IMG/VR virus record: IMGVR_UViG_2695420589_000006
DNA: 14,761 bases
Origin: a virus
Lineage: Duplodnaviria; Heunggongvirae; Uroviricota; Caudoviricetes
Strand: one strand, 5' to 3'
The translations under genes were made by a program, and so were the position numbers. Under the pieces are notes generated by a model. It did no database searches, was not told the origin of the DNA, and was given only the letters and a program-made list of their open reading frames with translations. How positions within the stretch are numbered: the first letter of the stretch is position 1; each line of letters starts with the position of its first letter. This document shows, one piece after another, positions 1-8,459 of the stretch.

Positions 1-82
1 TACGCCGGACCACCGTTCCGCCGACCAGACTCTGTAGATCTTCCGCCATCCCGGTGACCATACCGTACAGGTTAGAAACCAT
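1..82 (-). CDS. L: Tail tip protein L, partial: reading frame opens with ATG at 82..80 and runs off the window start; only the part matching the middle of lambda gpL is present
   Basis: Minus-strand translation from 82 gives MVSNLYGMVTGMAEDLQSLVGGTVVRR, matching the internal gpL segment I recall (…TVSNLYGMVTGMAEDMQSLVGG…). An in-frame TGA lies 5 codons upstream at 97..95. The N-terminal ~80 codons of L are not found anywhere upstream. Confidence 0.55.
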   Translation of the reverse strand, partial: MVSNLYGMVTGMAEDLQSLVGGTVVRR

Positions 83-408
83 CTCACCACCTGTTCAAAC
101 TCTGCGCTGAACTCAACACGCAGCATACTGACCCGCGACGACCATTTTGCGCAGGTCACCTTTATCTGCCGCCACTCATAAGGCGGCGTCCACAGAAAGG
201 CTTTCCAGCCCCCGTGCTCTTCCAGAAACGACTCCAGTACCATGGCCTCCTCACGGGGGACAGAAAGCGTCACGCTGTACGTTTTCAGGTTGGCATTCAG
301 CCCGGCAGGCGCTCGCTGGGAATAGCCATCACCAAAGCGCACCTTTCTTACAGAAGGGGCCGAAGCCACATCCATACCGGGTTTCACTTTCCAGCGGAAG
401 GTTTTCAT
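1..408 (-). CDS. M: Minor tail protein M; the M-homologous part is about 82..408, but there is no in-frame stop at the expected end and the frame stays open to the window edge
   Basis: ATG at 408..406 overlaps the H stop in an ATGA. Translation is MKTFRWKVKPGMDVASAPSVRKVRFGDGYSQRAPAGLNANLKTYSVTLSVPREEAMVLESFLEEHGGWKAFLWTPPYEWRQIKVTCAKWSSRVSMLRVEFSAEFEQVV, then continues as RWFLTCTVWSPGWRKIYRVWSAERWSGV with no stop. Not in the ORF track because it has no stop inside the window. Confidence 0.8.
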   Translation of the reverse strand, partial: MKTFRWKVKPGMDVASAPSVRKVRFGDGYSQRAPAGLNANLKTYSVTLSVPREEAMVLESFLEEHGGWKAFLWTPPYEWRQIKVTCAKWSSRVSMLRVEFSAEFEQVVRWFLTCTVWSPGWRKIYRVWSAERWSGV

Positions 409-2966
409 CGTCCACCTCCGGAGAACAGGCCACCATCACGCATCTGTGTCTGAATTTCATCACGGGCACCCTTGCGGGCCATGTCATACACGGCCTTCAT
501 CATCTGTGGACCTGGCAGACCATTCGTACCGTCGTTCTGAATCACCACGTGATTGTTCTGATTAAAATTAATGCCTTCAGCCCGCCGCATCTGCGCCGGA
601 CTTCCGGCACCGCCCACATAACCACCTTCCGCATAGCCGCGCATCAGCCGGTAGAGATTCCCCACGCCAATCCGGCTGGTTGCCTCCTTCGTGAAGACAA
701 ATTCACCACGGTGAACAATCCCCGCTGGCTCATATTTGCCGCCGGTTCCCGTAAATCCCCCGGTTGCAAAATGGAATTTCGCCGCAGCGGCCTGAATGGC
801 TGTACCACCTGACGCGGATGCGCCGCCACCAACAGCCCCGCCAATGGCGCTGCCGATACTCCCGACAATCCCCACCATTGCCTGCTTAAGCAGAATTTCT
901 GTCATCATGGACAGCACGGAGCGGGTGAAGCTGCGCCAGTTCTGTTCACTGCCGGTCAGCATCGCCGCCATATTCTGTGCAATACCATCAAAGGTCTGCG
1001 TGGCTGCACTTTTAACCTGTGACATACTGTCCGTGGCGCTCTCTTCCCACTCACTCCAGCCGGACTTCAGGCCTGCCATCCAGCTCCCGCGAAGCTGGTC
1101 TTCAGCCGCCCAGGTCTTTTTCTGCTCTGACATGACGTTATTCAGCGCCAGAGGATTATCGCCATACTGTTCCTTCAGGCGCTGTTCCGTGGCTTCCCGC
1201 GCTGCCTGCCGGTCAGTCAGCCCCCGGTTTTTCGCATCAATGGCTGCCCGTTTTGCCCGTTGCTGCTGTGCGAATTTATCCGCCTGCTGCGCCAGCGCAT
1301 TCAGGTGCTCCTGATACGTAACCTTGTCACCAAGTGCAGCCAGCTGGCGTTTGTACTCCAGCGTCTCGTCTTTATGCGCCAGCAGGGATTTCTCCTGTGC
1401 GGACAGCTGGCGACGTTGTGCCGCCTCCTCCAGTACCGCGAACTGACTTTCTGCCTTCCACAAATCCCGGCGCTGCTGGCTGATTTTCTCATTCGCTCCG
1501 GCATGCTTCTCCAGCGTCCGGAGTTCTGCCTGAAGCGTCAGCAGGGCCGCATGAGCACTGTCTTCCTGACGATCGCCCGCATACACCTTCACGCCGGACT
1601 GTTTCGGCTTTTTCAGCGTCGCTTCATAATCCTTTTTCGCCGCCGCCATCAGCGTGTTGTAATCTGCCTGCAGGATTTTTCCGTCTTTCAGTGCCTTGTT
1701 CAGTTCTTCCTGACGGGCGGTATATTTCTCCAGCGGCGTCTGCAGCCGTTCGTAAGCCTTCTGCGCCTCTTCGGTATATTTCAGCCGTGACGCTTCGGTA
1801 TCGCTCTGCTGCTGCGCATTTTTGTCCTGTTGACGCTGTTGATCTACCCTCTTTTGGGCTGCATCCCGCTCCAGGCGTTTTTTTTCACGATCATCCCAGT
1901 AACGCGCCCGTGCTTCATCGTTAACGAAATAATCATCCTTGCGCAGATTCCAGATGTCGTCTGCTTTCTTAAACGCAGCCTCTGCCTTAATCAGCATCTC
2001 CTGCGCGGTATCAGGACGACCAATATCCAGCACCGCATCCCACATGGATTTGAATGCACGTGCAGTCCTGTCTGCCCAGGTCTCCAGCGTGCCCATGTTC
2101 TCTTTCAGGCGGCGGGTCTGGTCATCAAACCCTTTCGTTGCGGCCTCGTTCGCCGCCTGCAATGCCCCGGCTTCATCGCCGGAACGCTGCAACTGAGCAA
2201 CATACGCAATCTGCTCCGCCGTCACGTTATGGAACTGGCGTGCCATCGCCGTCAGCCCCGACGTCGGGTCTGTGGTCAGCTTCCCGAAGGCTTCAGCGAC
2301 CTTGTCCACCTCCACGCCGGATGCAGAGGAGAAACGCGCCACACTCTGGCTGATGGACGCAATCTGAGCCTCACCGCTTACCCCCGCCTTAACCAGTGCG
2401 CTGAGTGACTCGCTGGTCTGGTTAAACGTCAGCCCTGCCGCCTGCCCGGCTCTGGACAGGACCAGCATACGATCTGCCGTCAGTCCCGCCTGATTACCGG
2501 AAAGGACCAGCGTTTTGTTGAAATCGGACAGGGTTGAGTTGCCCTGATACCAGGCATACGCCAGCGCACCGGTCGCCACCGCCAGCGAGGTGGCCCCCAC
2601 CATCGGCAGGGTGATCGCGCCGGCAAGCCCCCTGAACATGGGGATCATCCCGCCGAAGGAGTCCTTAACCTGACCACCCTGTTGCAGCAGGATCAGCCAG
2701 GGATTCTGCCCCCCTGCAAGCTGCGTGGCCACGTCGGTGAACTGTGCAGGCAGCATACGCATGGCGGCTTTATACTGCCCGACGGAAATCCCCGCTTTCT
2801 GTGCAGCCAGCGCCTGTCGGCTCAGCGACTGTTCAACGACTGCCGCTGTTTTTTTCGCATCACTTTCCGTACCGGAAAAATGACGCCTGACTCTGGCCAT
2901 CTGCTCGTCAAATCTGGCCGCATCCAGACTCAAATCAACGACCAGATCGCCTACCGGTTCAGCCAT
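405..2966 (-). CDS. H: Tail tape measure protein H (853 aa)
   Basis: ORF track 405..2966, 853 aa, begins MAEPVGDLVVDLSLDAARFDEQ; same length and N-terminus as lambda gpH. Long coiled-coil-like middle and Gly-rich C-terminus. 8-bp overlap with T upstream. Confidence 0.95.
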   Translation of the reverse strand: MAEPVGDLVVDLSLDAARFDEQMARVRRHFSGTESDAKKTAAVVEQSLSRQALAAQKAGISVGQYKAAMRMLPAQFTDVATQLAGGQNPWLILLQQGGQVKDSFGGMIPMFRGLAGAITLPMVGATSLAVATGALAYAWYQGNSTLSDFNKTLVLSGNQAGLTADRMLVLSRAGQAAGLTFNQTSESLSALVKAGVSGEAQIASISQSVARFSSASGVEVDKVAEAFGKLTTDPTSGLTAMARQFHNVTAEQIAYVAQLQRSGDEAGALQAANEAATKGFDDQTRRLKENMGTLETWADRTARAFKSMWDAVLDIGRPDTAQEMLIKAEAAFKKADDIWNLRKDDYFVNDEARARYWDDREKKRLERDAAQKRVDQQRQQDKNAQQQSDTEASRLKYTEEAQKAYERLQTPLEKYTARQEELNKALKDGKILQADYNTLMAAAKKDYEATLKKPKQSGVKVYAGDRQEDSAHAALLTLQAELRTLEKHAGANEKISQQRRDLWKAESQFAVLEEAAQRRQLSAQEKSLLAHKDETLEYKRQLAALGDKVTYQEHLNALAQQADKFAQQQRAKRAAIDAKNRGLTDRQAAREATEQRLKEQYGDNPLALNNVMSEQKKTWAAEDQLRGSWMAGLKSGWSEWEESATDSMSQVKSAATQTFDGIAQNMAAMLTGSEQNWRSFTRSVLSMMTEILLKQAMVGIVGSIGSAIGGAVGGGASASGGTAIQAAAAKFHFATGGFTGTGGKYEPAGIVHRGEFVFTKEATSRIGVGNLYRLMRGYAEGGYVGGAGSPAQMRRAEGINFNQNNHVVIQNDGTNGLPGPQMMKAVYDMARKGARDEIQTQMRDGGLFSGGGR

Positions 2967-3797
2967 ACCGGACTCCTCCTGCGATCCCTTCTGATACTGT
3001 CATCAGCATTACGTCATCCTCCGTCATGTCCGCCACATCCGGGGAAGCGGGGATAACTTCATTCCCGTCCGGGCCAAAGCGGACACCTCCGGCAAGCCCT
3101 GCCGCTTTCTGCATCAGCACATCATCTTCAGGCTCTTCGTCAGCCTCGCGCCGGTTCAGCAGACTGAAATCCAGCGGATGCATCTCCGGATCGCTGAAAA
3201 ACAGGCTGAGCACGGTGTACGTCAGCCCGGAAAAGTGCATATCCAGCAGAACATCATGAAAATAATGGGTACTGTAAAAGCGGTGCCAGTCGGCATACTC
3301 CGTGGATGACATCCCGGCAAGCATGGCGCGCCAGTCGGGTCGCCCCATCTCACGCGCCAGTTTCAGGGCAAAACTCAGCTCACCGTCGAACACTTTCCCG
3401 CAGAAACAGGCTCTGCAGGCCCGGCGTCCTCTGCCTGTTCAGGAGCATCATTCACCACAAACTCATACATACCGGACAGCCGGTACACCACGTTTTCAGC
3501 ATGAGAAATTGCCTCTGTGGGCCAGGTGGTAAGCACTTCCTGCTCAATCTGTTTAACGGCTTCATTCATGGACGGCATCTGCGTCTTCTTCGGATGGTTA
3601 TGCCACAGGGACATCGCAACCACAAAAGCGCCGGTTCTGATGGCGTCTTCCACAGTAAACTTCCGGTTGCTGTCTGACTCCGCCTGTTCTGCCTGCCGTT
3701 TCATCAGGTCGAGATGCTCAATACGCTGCAGGGCTGACAGTTCAGAAAGCGTGACGGTCACACCGTTATGTTCAAATGATTCGGTTTTCAGGAACAT
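2959..3797 (-). CDS. T: Tail assembly chaperone fusion G-T, made by a programmed -1 frameshift at 3393..3399; the T-frame portion ends at 2959
   Basis: T-frame ORF 2959..3393 (MFDGELSFALKLAREMGRPDW…) has no independent SD/start context. The slippery heptamer G GGA AAG sits in the G frame just before the G stop. This is the canonical lambda G/GT arrangement. Confidence 0.85.
3375..3797 (-). CDS. G: Tail assembly chaperone G (140 aa)
   Basis: ORF track 3375..3797, MFLKTESFEHNGVTVTLSELSALQRIEHLDLMKRQAEQ… ending AGKCSTVS. GGAGAG Shine-Dalgarno upstream of the ATG at 3797. Confidence 0.93.
   Translation of the reverse strand: MFLKTESFEHNGVTVTLSELSALQRIEHLDLMKRQAEQAESDSNRKFTVEDAIRTGAFVVAMSLWHNHPKKTQMPSMNEAVKQIEQEVLTTWPTEAISHAENVVYRLSGMYEFVVNDAPEQAEDAGPAEPVSAGKCSTVS
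3393..3399 (-). promoter_or_regulatory. Programmed -1 ribosomal frameshift slippery heptamer GGGAAAG (G-T)
   Basis: Minus-strand sequence at 3399..3393 is G GGA AAG in the G zero frame. The -1 frame reads GGG AAA GTG TTC GAC GGT… which gives KVFDGELSF, the start of the T-frame product. Confidence 0.85.
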
Positions 3798-3812
3798 CGC
3801 TGACTCTCCGGA

Positions 3813-4636
3813 TTAACTGGCGGTGACGTTGATTTCTGCAACCGCAGCAAACTCACCATTACCAGATACGACCGGAATGTTGACCTTGCCTGCAGCAACA
3901 CCTTTCACGGTGATGGTCATACCACTGACCGACACGGTGGCTTTTGTTTTATCCGCAGACACCGCACGGAAGCTCTTGTCGGTTGCGCCATCCGGCTGGA
4001 ATGCCACGGTCAGCGTGGTGCTCTGCCCTTTCACTACGGAAGCACTGGCGGGTGTCACCGTCATGCCGGTCGTCGCCGTCACCGTGCTGCGATCTTCTGC
4101 CATCGACGGACGTCCCACATTGGTGACCTTCACCGTGCGGGTAATCACCTCCTTCGCCGTCACCGCCTTACCGATACTGCTGACCCAGCCACGGAACACA
4201 TCGACCGTGCCGTTCGGGAAGCGGATTTTATAGGCACGGGTATCACCTTCATTAAACCACGCCAGCNNNNNNNNNNNNNNNNNNNNNNNNNNNNNNNNNN
4301 NNNNNNNNNNNNNNNNNNNNNNNNNNNNNNNNNNNNNNNNNNNNNNNNNNNNNNNNNNNNNNNNNNNNNNNNNNNNNNNNNNNNNNNNNNNNNNNNNNNN
4401 NNNNNNNNNNNNNNNNNNNNNNNNNNNNNNNNNNNNNNNNNNNNNNNNNNNNNNNNNNNNNNNNNNNNNNNNNNNNNNNNNNNNNNNNNNNNNNNNNNNN
4501 NNNNNNNNNNNNNNNNNNNNNNNNNNNNNNNNNNNNNNNNNNNNNNNNNNNNCGCATAAGGGTCACCGCTCCCCTTATAAACCCACAGGGTGGTCCCGGC
4601 ACCTTTCACCGGCATTGTAGGATTTGGTACAGGCAT
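3813..4636 (-). CDS. V: Major tail protein V, interrupted by the N-run 4267..4552
   Basis: ATG at 4636 with GAGGA SD, N-terminus [28 protein letters not shown]. After the gap the sequence reads …[40 protein letters not shown]… through to …AEINVTAS (ORF 3813..4199). The two halves are in different frames only because of the N-run length. Confidence 0.9.
4267..4552. other. N-run (286 nt) inside V
   Basis: Run of n characters in the sequence. Confidence 1.
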
Positions 4637-4643
4637 AGCGTCC

Positions 4644-5039
4644 TCACATTTCATAGATAATGACATAAGTCAGATCGGCTGAACTCCACAGGCCCGCATC
4701 ATCGTCGCGCCGGTAGTCATAGCCGCTGGCCACCATACTGGTGATCAAATCTGACAGTGCCGGGATATCGCTCATCACCGGATAAATCCGGGACTCCATC
4801 CACGAATCCAGCTCTGAATCCGGCACCTGAGCAGGCAGGAAAACTTCAATATGCAGCTCCGCCTGCCAGGTATCGCTGTCCAGCTCTTCGCCCGTGTATT
4901 CAGCGCCGGTGAGATAAACGGCAATTGCCGGAAAATCTTCCTCATCAAAAACAGCGGGGCGACCATCAAAAAGCGTCGCCCCGGTGTCATGCTTCTCCAG
5001 TGCATCCAGTACGGCTGCACGGAGTTCAGTATGTTTCAT
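4644..5039 (-). CDS. U: Tail terminator protein U (131 aa)
   Basis: ORF track 4644..5039, [56 protein letters not shown]…; 4-bp ATGA overlap with Z. Confidence 0.93.
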
Positions 5040-5614
5040 CGCTTTATTACCATTCTCAGTTGATGCTGCAGCGCATAGCCCAGCTCTTTCGGAAGACGTT
5101 CACGCCGTATCCGTTCAATATTCTGTTTAAACGCCGTGGTCAGCGGCACCGCCATCGGGATTTTCACCACATCAATGGGGTAACGGTTTTTCCCGGCCAC
5201 ACGCTGCATAACATGCCACCGGCCGTTTTTCAGTTGCTGAATAAACGCGCCGGGAATACGACGGTTACCCACCACAAGCACGCTGCCGCCACCTTTCAGG
5301 GATGAACGCTGCCCCTTTTTATGACGCCTGCGGCGGGACAGGACAACCCGCGCATTACCCAGCTTGATTACGGGCAAATCCCCCCGGTTAACTTTGATTC
5401 TGGCCTGCGGATTTTTGACCGTGGCCCTTTTCAGCCTGGCCCTTTCCTTTACCAGTTTCCGGCGTACCTTTGTCTCACGGGCAACCTGTGACGCAGACTG
5501 CGATATCGCGGATGAAGCAACGCGGTTAATGGCCATTGCGGCGGCACCGGGCACCGCCGTTTTGCTGATACGGCTGAGGTTTTCAACGGCCTGCTCAAGA
5601 CCTTTTATGGCCAT
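5036..5614 (-). CDS. Z: Tail completion protein Z (192 aa)
   Basis: ORF track 5036..5614, MAIKGLEQAVENLSRISKTAVPGAAAMAINRVASSAISQSASQVARETKVRRKLVKERARLKRATVKNPQARIKVNRGDLPVIKLGNARV…; lambda gpZ length and position. Confidence 0.93.
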   Translation of the reverse strand: MAIKGLEQAVENLSRISKTAVPGAAAMAINRVASSAISQSASQVARETKVRRKLVKERARLKRATVKNPQARIKVNRGDLPVIKLGNARVVLSRRRRHKKGQRSSLKGGGSVLVVGNRRIPGAFIQQLKNGRWHVMQRVAGKNRYPIDVVKIPMAVPLTTAFKQNIERIRRERLPKELGYALQHQLRMVIKR

Positions 5615-5625
5615 ACATCCCCCTT

Positions 5626-5979
5626 TCAGCGGCGACGGTTAACGGCAGGCGGTACGCCCCGTCCAAGCCAGAGATGACAACTTCCGCCATCATCCGGCGA
5701 AACCCGATCTACCCAGAAATTTTCCTCACCGATGGTCAGCGTGTCTCCACGCCGCAGCTGCCGCACCTCATCAGTCCGGACAAACAGGGACGGGCTGGAG
5801 CCTTCAACGCGCACGCCCTGTCCGGCATAGCTGATATTTTCAGGGTCATCAAAAACACCACGTATCACCGCACCTGACTGCTCACCGGATGTCATGGTGG
5901 CTGACGTTCCCATGTACCCGCGTATCGTTTCATCGGCGCGGGCAATGGCAGCATCGAACAGGTTATCGAAATCAGCCAC
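5626..5979 (-). CDS. FII: Head-tail connector / head completion protein FII (117 aa)
   Basis: ORF track 5626..5979, MADFDNLFDAAIARADETIRGYMGTSATMTSGEQSGAVIRGVFDDPENISYAGQGVRVEGSSPSLFVRTDEVRQLRRGDTLTIGEENFWVDRVSPDDGGSCHLWLGRGVPPAVNRRR. Confidence 0.93.
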   Translation of the reverse strand: MADFDNLFDAAIARADETIRGYMGTSATMTSGEQSGAVIRGVFDDPENISYAGQGVRVEGSSPSLFVRTDEVRQLRRGDTLTIGEENFWVDRVSPDDGGSCHLWLGRGVPPAVNRRR

Positions 5980-5990
5980 AGCGCCTCCCG

Positions 5991-6389
5991 TTATTGCATT
6001 CTGGCCAGGCCGCGCTCTGTCATTTCGGCTGCCACACCGGCAGAGACACGAAACGCCGTTCCCGGCAGCACAAATGCCACAGGTTTATCCCGCGTGGCGT
6101 GAAGTGCATCAGTATGCAGCGTCACCAGTGCCACGACCGTGACCAGTTCAGCCGTATCCTGAATCACGGTATCCGGCTGCGCTGATACCACCTCATTTTC
6201 ATGCCCGGTCAGCACATTTTCCCGGCTGAGAGGGGTGTCCTGACCGGCAGTTTCATCCGTGTCATCAAGCTCTTCTTCCAGCTCTGCCACACGAAGCGCC
6301 AGTTCTTCTTTCGTTCCCGTCAAACTGACATCGCGGTTCAATTGCTCACCCAGCTCCTGAAGACGGGCAATCAGTTCATCTTTCGTCAT
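5991..6389 (-). CDS. FI: DNA packaging accessory protein FI (132 aa)
   Basis: Internal ATG at 6389 (MTKDELIARLQELGEQLNRDVSLTGTKEELALRVAELEEELDDTDE…) preceded by GGAGG SD. The ORF-track start at 6428 is an upstream in-frame extension. Length matches lambda gpFI. Confidence 0.9.
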   Translation of the reverse strand: MTKDELIARLQELGEQLNRDVSLTGTKEELALRVAELEEELDDTDETAGQDTPLSRENVLTGHENEVVSAQPDTVIQDTAELVTVVALVTLHTDALHATRDKPVAFVLPGTAFRVSAGVAAEMTERGLARMQ

Positions 6390-6410
6390 GAACTCCTCCA
6401 CAGAGAGAAA

Positions 6411-6428
6411 ATGGCCCCGAAGGGCCAT
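6411..6428 (-). terminator. Stable stem-loop between the E stop and the FI start (7-bp stem AUGGCCC/GGGCCAU with a UUCG tetraloop on the mRNA)
   Basis: Plus strand 6411..6428 is atggccccgaagggccat; on the minus-strand mRNA this lies 2 nt after the E stop and is followed by a U/C-rich stretch and the FI SD GGAGG. Confidence 0.35.
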
Positions 6429-6430
6429 GA

Positions 6431-7456
6431 TTACGCCAGTTGAACGGACACGAACTCATCAGGATCAGCCAGCAGCATCAGCGGTGCTGACTGAATCATG
6501 GTGAACTCACGCGCCGGATCGCCGGTGGTCACCCAGTTTTTCGGGTAACGGGCAGAGGCGTTAATGCCTTCGCGCTGTGCGTCCGCATCCTGAATGCAGC
6601 CATAGGTGCGCAGACCGCGAGCCTGAGTGTTCCCCAGCACCATCGTGTTGTCCGGCAGGAAGTTCTTTTTGACGCCGTTTTCCACGTACTGTCCGGAATA
6701 CACGACGATGGCCACATCGCCATACATTCCCTTATAGGACACCGCTTTGCCCAGGTCTTTTACCGCTGTCTCCAGCTCGGAATGAGAGCCGCGACGGGTA
6801 TCCAGCTTCTCCTTGACGGCTTTGAAGGAACGGAACAGCGCCCAGCCTTTCGGGTCAAACACGATGATATTCACCACACCGCTGGCGTTCAGCGCGTAGG
6901 CTTCGATATCGTCGGTCGGGTCATACGTGGACTTGTCACGCTTGCTCCACTCCGTGACGCCGGACTGTGTGATGTTGTTCGCCGCACTGCGGCCCATATC
7001 CACCTCAACCGGATCGAAGGCTTCACCGGTCATGGTGTATTTGCCCTTGAGCACGGCAGAAACTGCCTGCATCTCTTCGACCTGAGCAATGGCCAGCTCT
7101 TCGTCACGCATGTTCTGCATGATGATGCGACGGCGGCGGTAAGCCGGGTCCGCCAGATTCTGCGGATCTTCATCCGGCAGGCGACGCAGGGTCATCTGCG
7201 GATTCACCTCATGCTTGGGTTTGACATATCCCGGCGTAAATTCAGAGGTGGAGCCGCCACGGGAACGGATAACCTCACCGGAAACAATCGGCGAAACGTA
7301 CAGCGCCATGTTTACCAGTCCCGGAATTTGTGAGAGATAGACTTTCTCCGTAGTGAAGGGATAGCTCTCACGGAAAAAGAGACGCAGAAACAGCGGATCA
7401 AACTTAAATTTCTGCTCATTTGCCGCCAGCAGCTGGGCGGTTGTGTACATCGACAT
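6431..7456 (-). CDS. E: Major capsid protein E (341 aa)
   Basis: ATG at 7456 (MSMYTTAQLLAANEQKFKFDPLFLRLFFRESYPFTTEKVYLSQIPGLVNMALYVSPIVSGE…) ending …DPDEFVSVQLA. The ORF-track start at 7483 is 9 codons upstream in frame; the lambda-type start is the internal M. Confidence 0.95.
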   Translation of the reverse strand: MSMYTTAQLLAANEQKFKFDPLFLRLFFRESYPFTTEKVYLSQIPGLVNMALYVSPIVSGEVIRSRGGSTSEFTPGYVKPKHEVNPQMTLRRLPDEDPQNLADPAYRRRRIIMQNMRDEELAIAQVEEMQAVSAVLKGKYTMTGEAFDPVEVDMGRSAANNITQSGVTEWSKRDKSTYDPTDDIEAYALNASGVVNIIVFDPKGWALFRSFKAVKEKLDTRRGSHSELETAVKDLGKAVSYKGMYGDVAIVVYSGQYVENGVKKNFLPDNTMVLGNTQARGLRTYGCIQDADAQREGINASARYPKNWVTTGDPAREFTMIQSAPLMLLADPDEFVSVQLA

Positions 7457-7476
7457 AAAAAAATCCCGTAAAAAAA

Positions 7477-7490
7477 GCCGCACAGGCGGC
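7477..7490 (-). terminator. Terminator-like hairpin plus U-tract between the D stop and the E start
   Basis: The minus-strand mRNA reads GCCGCCUGUGCGGC (5-bp GC stem, 4-nt loop) immediately followed by UUUUUUUACGGGAUUUUUUU and the E ATG. Confidence 0.4.
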
Positions 7491-7511
7491 CTTTAGTGAT
7501 GAAGGGTAAAG

Positions 7512-7844
7512 TTAAACGATGCTGATTGCCGTTCCGGCAAACACGGTCCGTTTTTTCGTCTCGTCGCTGGCAGCCTCCGGCCAGAGCACATCCTCATAAC
7601 GGAACGTGCCGGACTTGTAGAACGTCAGTGTGGTGCTGGTCTGGTCAGCAGCAACCGCAAGAATGCCAACGGCAGCACCGTCGGTGGTGCCATCCCACGC
7701 AACCAGCTTACGGGTGGAGGTGTCCAGCATCAGCGGGGTCATTGCAGGCGCTTTCGCACTCAATCCGCCGGGCGCGGTTGCGGTATGAGCCGGGTCACTA
7801 TTGCCCAGCGGCTGGTAATGGGTAAAGGTTTCTTTGCTCGTCAT
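7512..7844 (-). CDS. D: Capsid decoration protein D (110 aa)
   Basis: ATG at 7844 ([43 protein letters not shown]…FAGTAISIV). AAGGG SD spacing favours 7844 over the ATG at 7850. Confidence 0.93.
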   Translation of the reverse strand: MTSKETFTHYQPLGNSDPAHTATAPGGLSAKAPAMTPLMLDTSTRKLVAWDGTTDGAAVGILAVAADQTSTTLTFYKSGTFRYEDVLWPEAASDETKKRTVFAGTAISIV

Positions 7845-7853
7845 AAACATCCC

Positions 7854-8459
7854 TTACACTGGTGTGTTCAGCAAATCGTTAACGGCATCAGATGCCGGGT
7901 TACCTGCAGCCAGCGGTGCCGGTGCCCCCTGCATCAGACGATCCAGCGCAGTGTCACTGCGCGTCTGTGCACTCTGTGGTGCTGCGGCCAGAATACGGCG
8001 GGCCGTTTCCACGGTCATACCGGGGGTTTCGGCCAGCACGCGTGCCTGTTCTTCGCGTCCGTGAGCCTCCTCACAGTTGAGGATCCCCATAATGCGACTG
8101 TTTTCTGCCGCAACCGCTGCGGTGATCTGCGCGTTCACGTCCGGCTGCGCCGCGCTGGCGTTCTCGCCCTCCGTCGCTTGCACCACGCCAGTAACGTCAG
8201 CCTGCGAAGCAGTGGCTGAAACAGTTGTTGATTGAGTCTCTTTGGTCATTCGCCCTCCTGAGAGACGGGATTTACGTGCATCCAGTGCATCACGCATGAC
8301 GGTGATCGCATCGGTACTGTTAACAAGTTCATCAGCCAGTCCGGCATCAATGGCCTCCTGACCGCTGTACACTGCAGCCTCGGTATCCAGCACAGCCTGC
8401 ACGGACAGGCCGGTATATGCCGACACCTTCTGTGCAAACATCCGGCGGGTTGCATCCAT
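7854..8459 (-). CDS. Nu3: Capsid scaffolding protein Nu3, nested in-frame in the 3' third of C (201 aa)
   Basis: In-frame ATG at 8459..8457 gives MDATRRMFAQKVSAYTGLSVQAVLDTEAAVYSGQEAIDAGLADELVNS… with the same stop as C; canonical C/Nu3 nested arrangement. Confidence 0.8.
   Translation of the reverse strand: MDATRRMFAQKVSAYTGLSVQAVLDTEAAVYSGQEAIDAGLADELVNSTDAITVMRDALDARKSRLSGGRMTKETQSTTVSATASQADVTGVVQATEGENASAAQPDVNAQITAAVAAENSRIMGILNCEEAHGREEQARVLAETPGMTVETARRILAAAPQSAQTRSDTALDRLMQGAPAPLAAGNPASDAVNDLLNTPV

Noticed and set aside
147-812. 221-aa plus-strand ORF (and the 79-aa ORF at 214..453) overlapping M and the end of H
   Set aside because: Antisense to well-supported M and H coding sequence. 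Low-complexity, Ser/Pro/His-rich translation with no SD; a typical spurious antisense ORF in GC-rich coding DNA.
796-2408. Several plus-strand ORFs (172, 176, 192, 85 and 99 aa) inside the H gene
   Set aside because: All are antisense to the tape measure gene. Their Cys/Ala/Arg/Leu-rich compositions mirror H codon usage; no independent start signals.
2959-3393. T as an independently initiated gene
   Set aside because: There is no ribosome-binding site, and the apparent start is a GTG inside the slippery site. T is expressed only as the G-T frameshift fusion.
6782-7333. 183-aa plus-strand ORF inside E
   Set aside because: Antisense to the major capsid gene; no SD and no recognisable domain.
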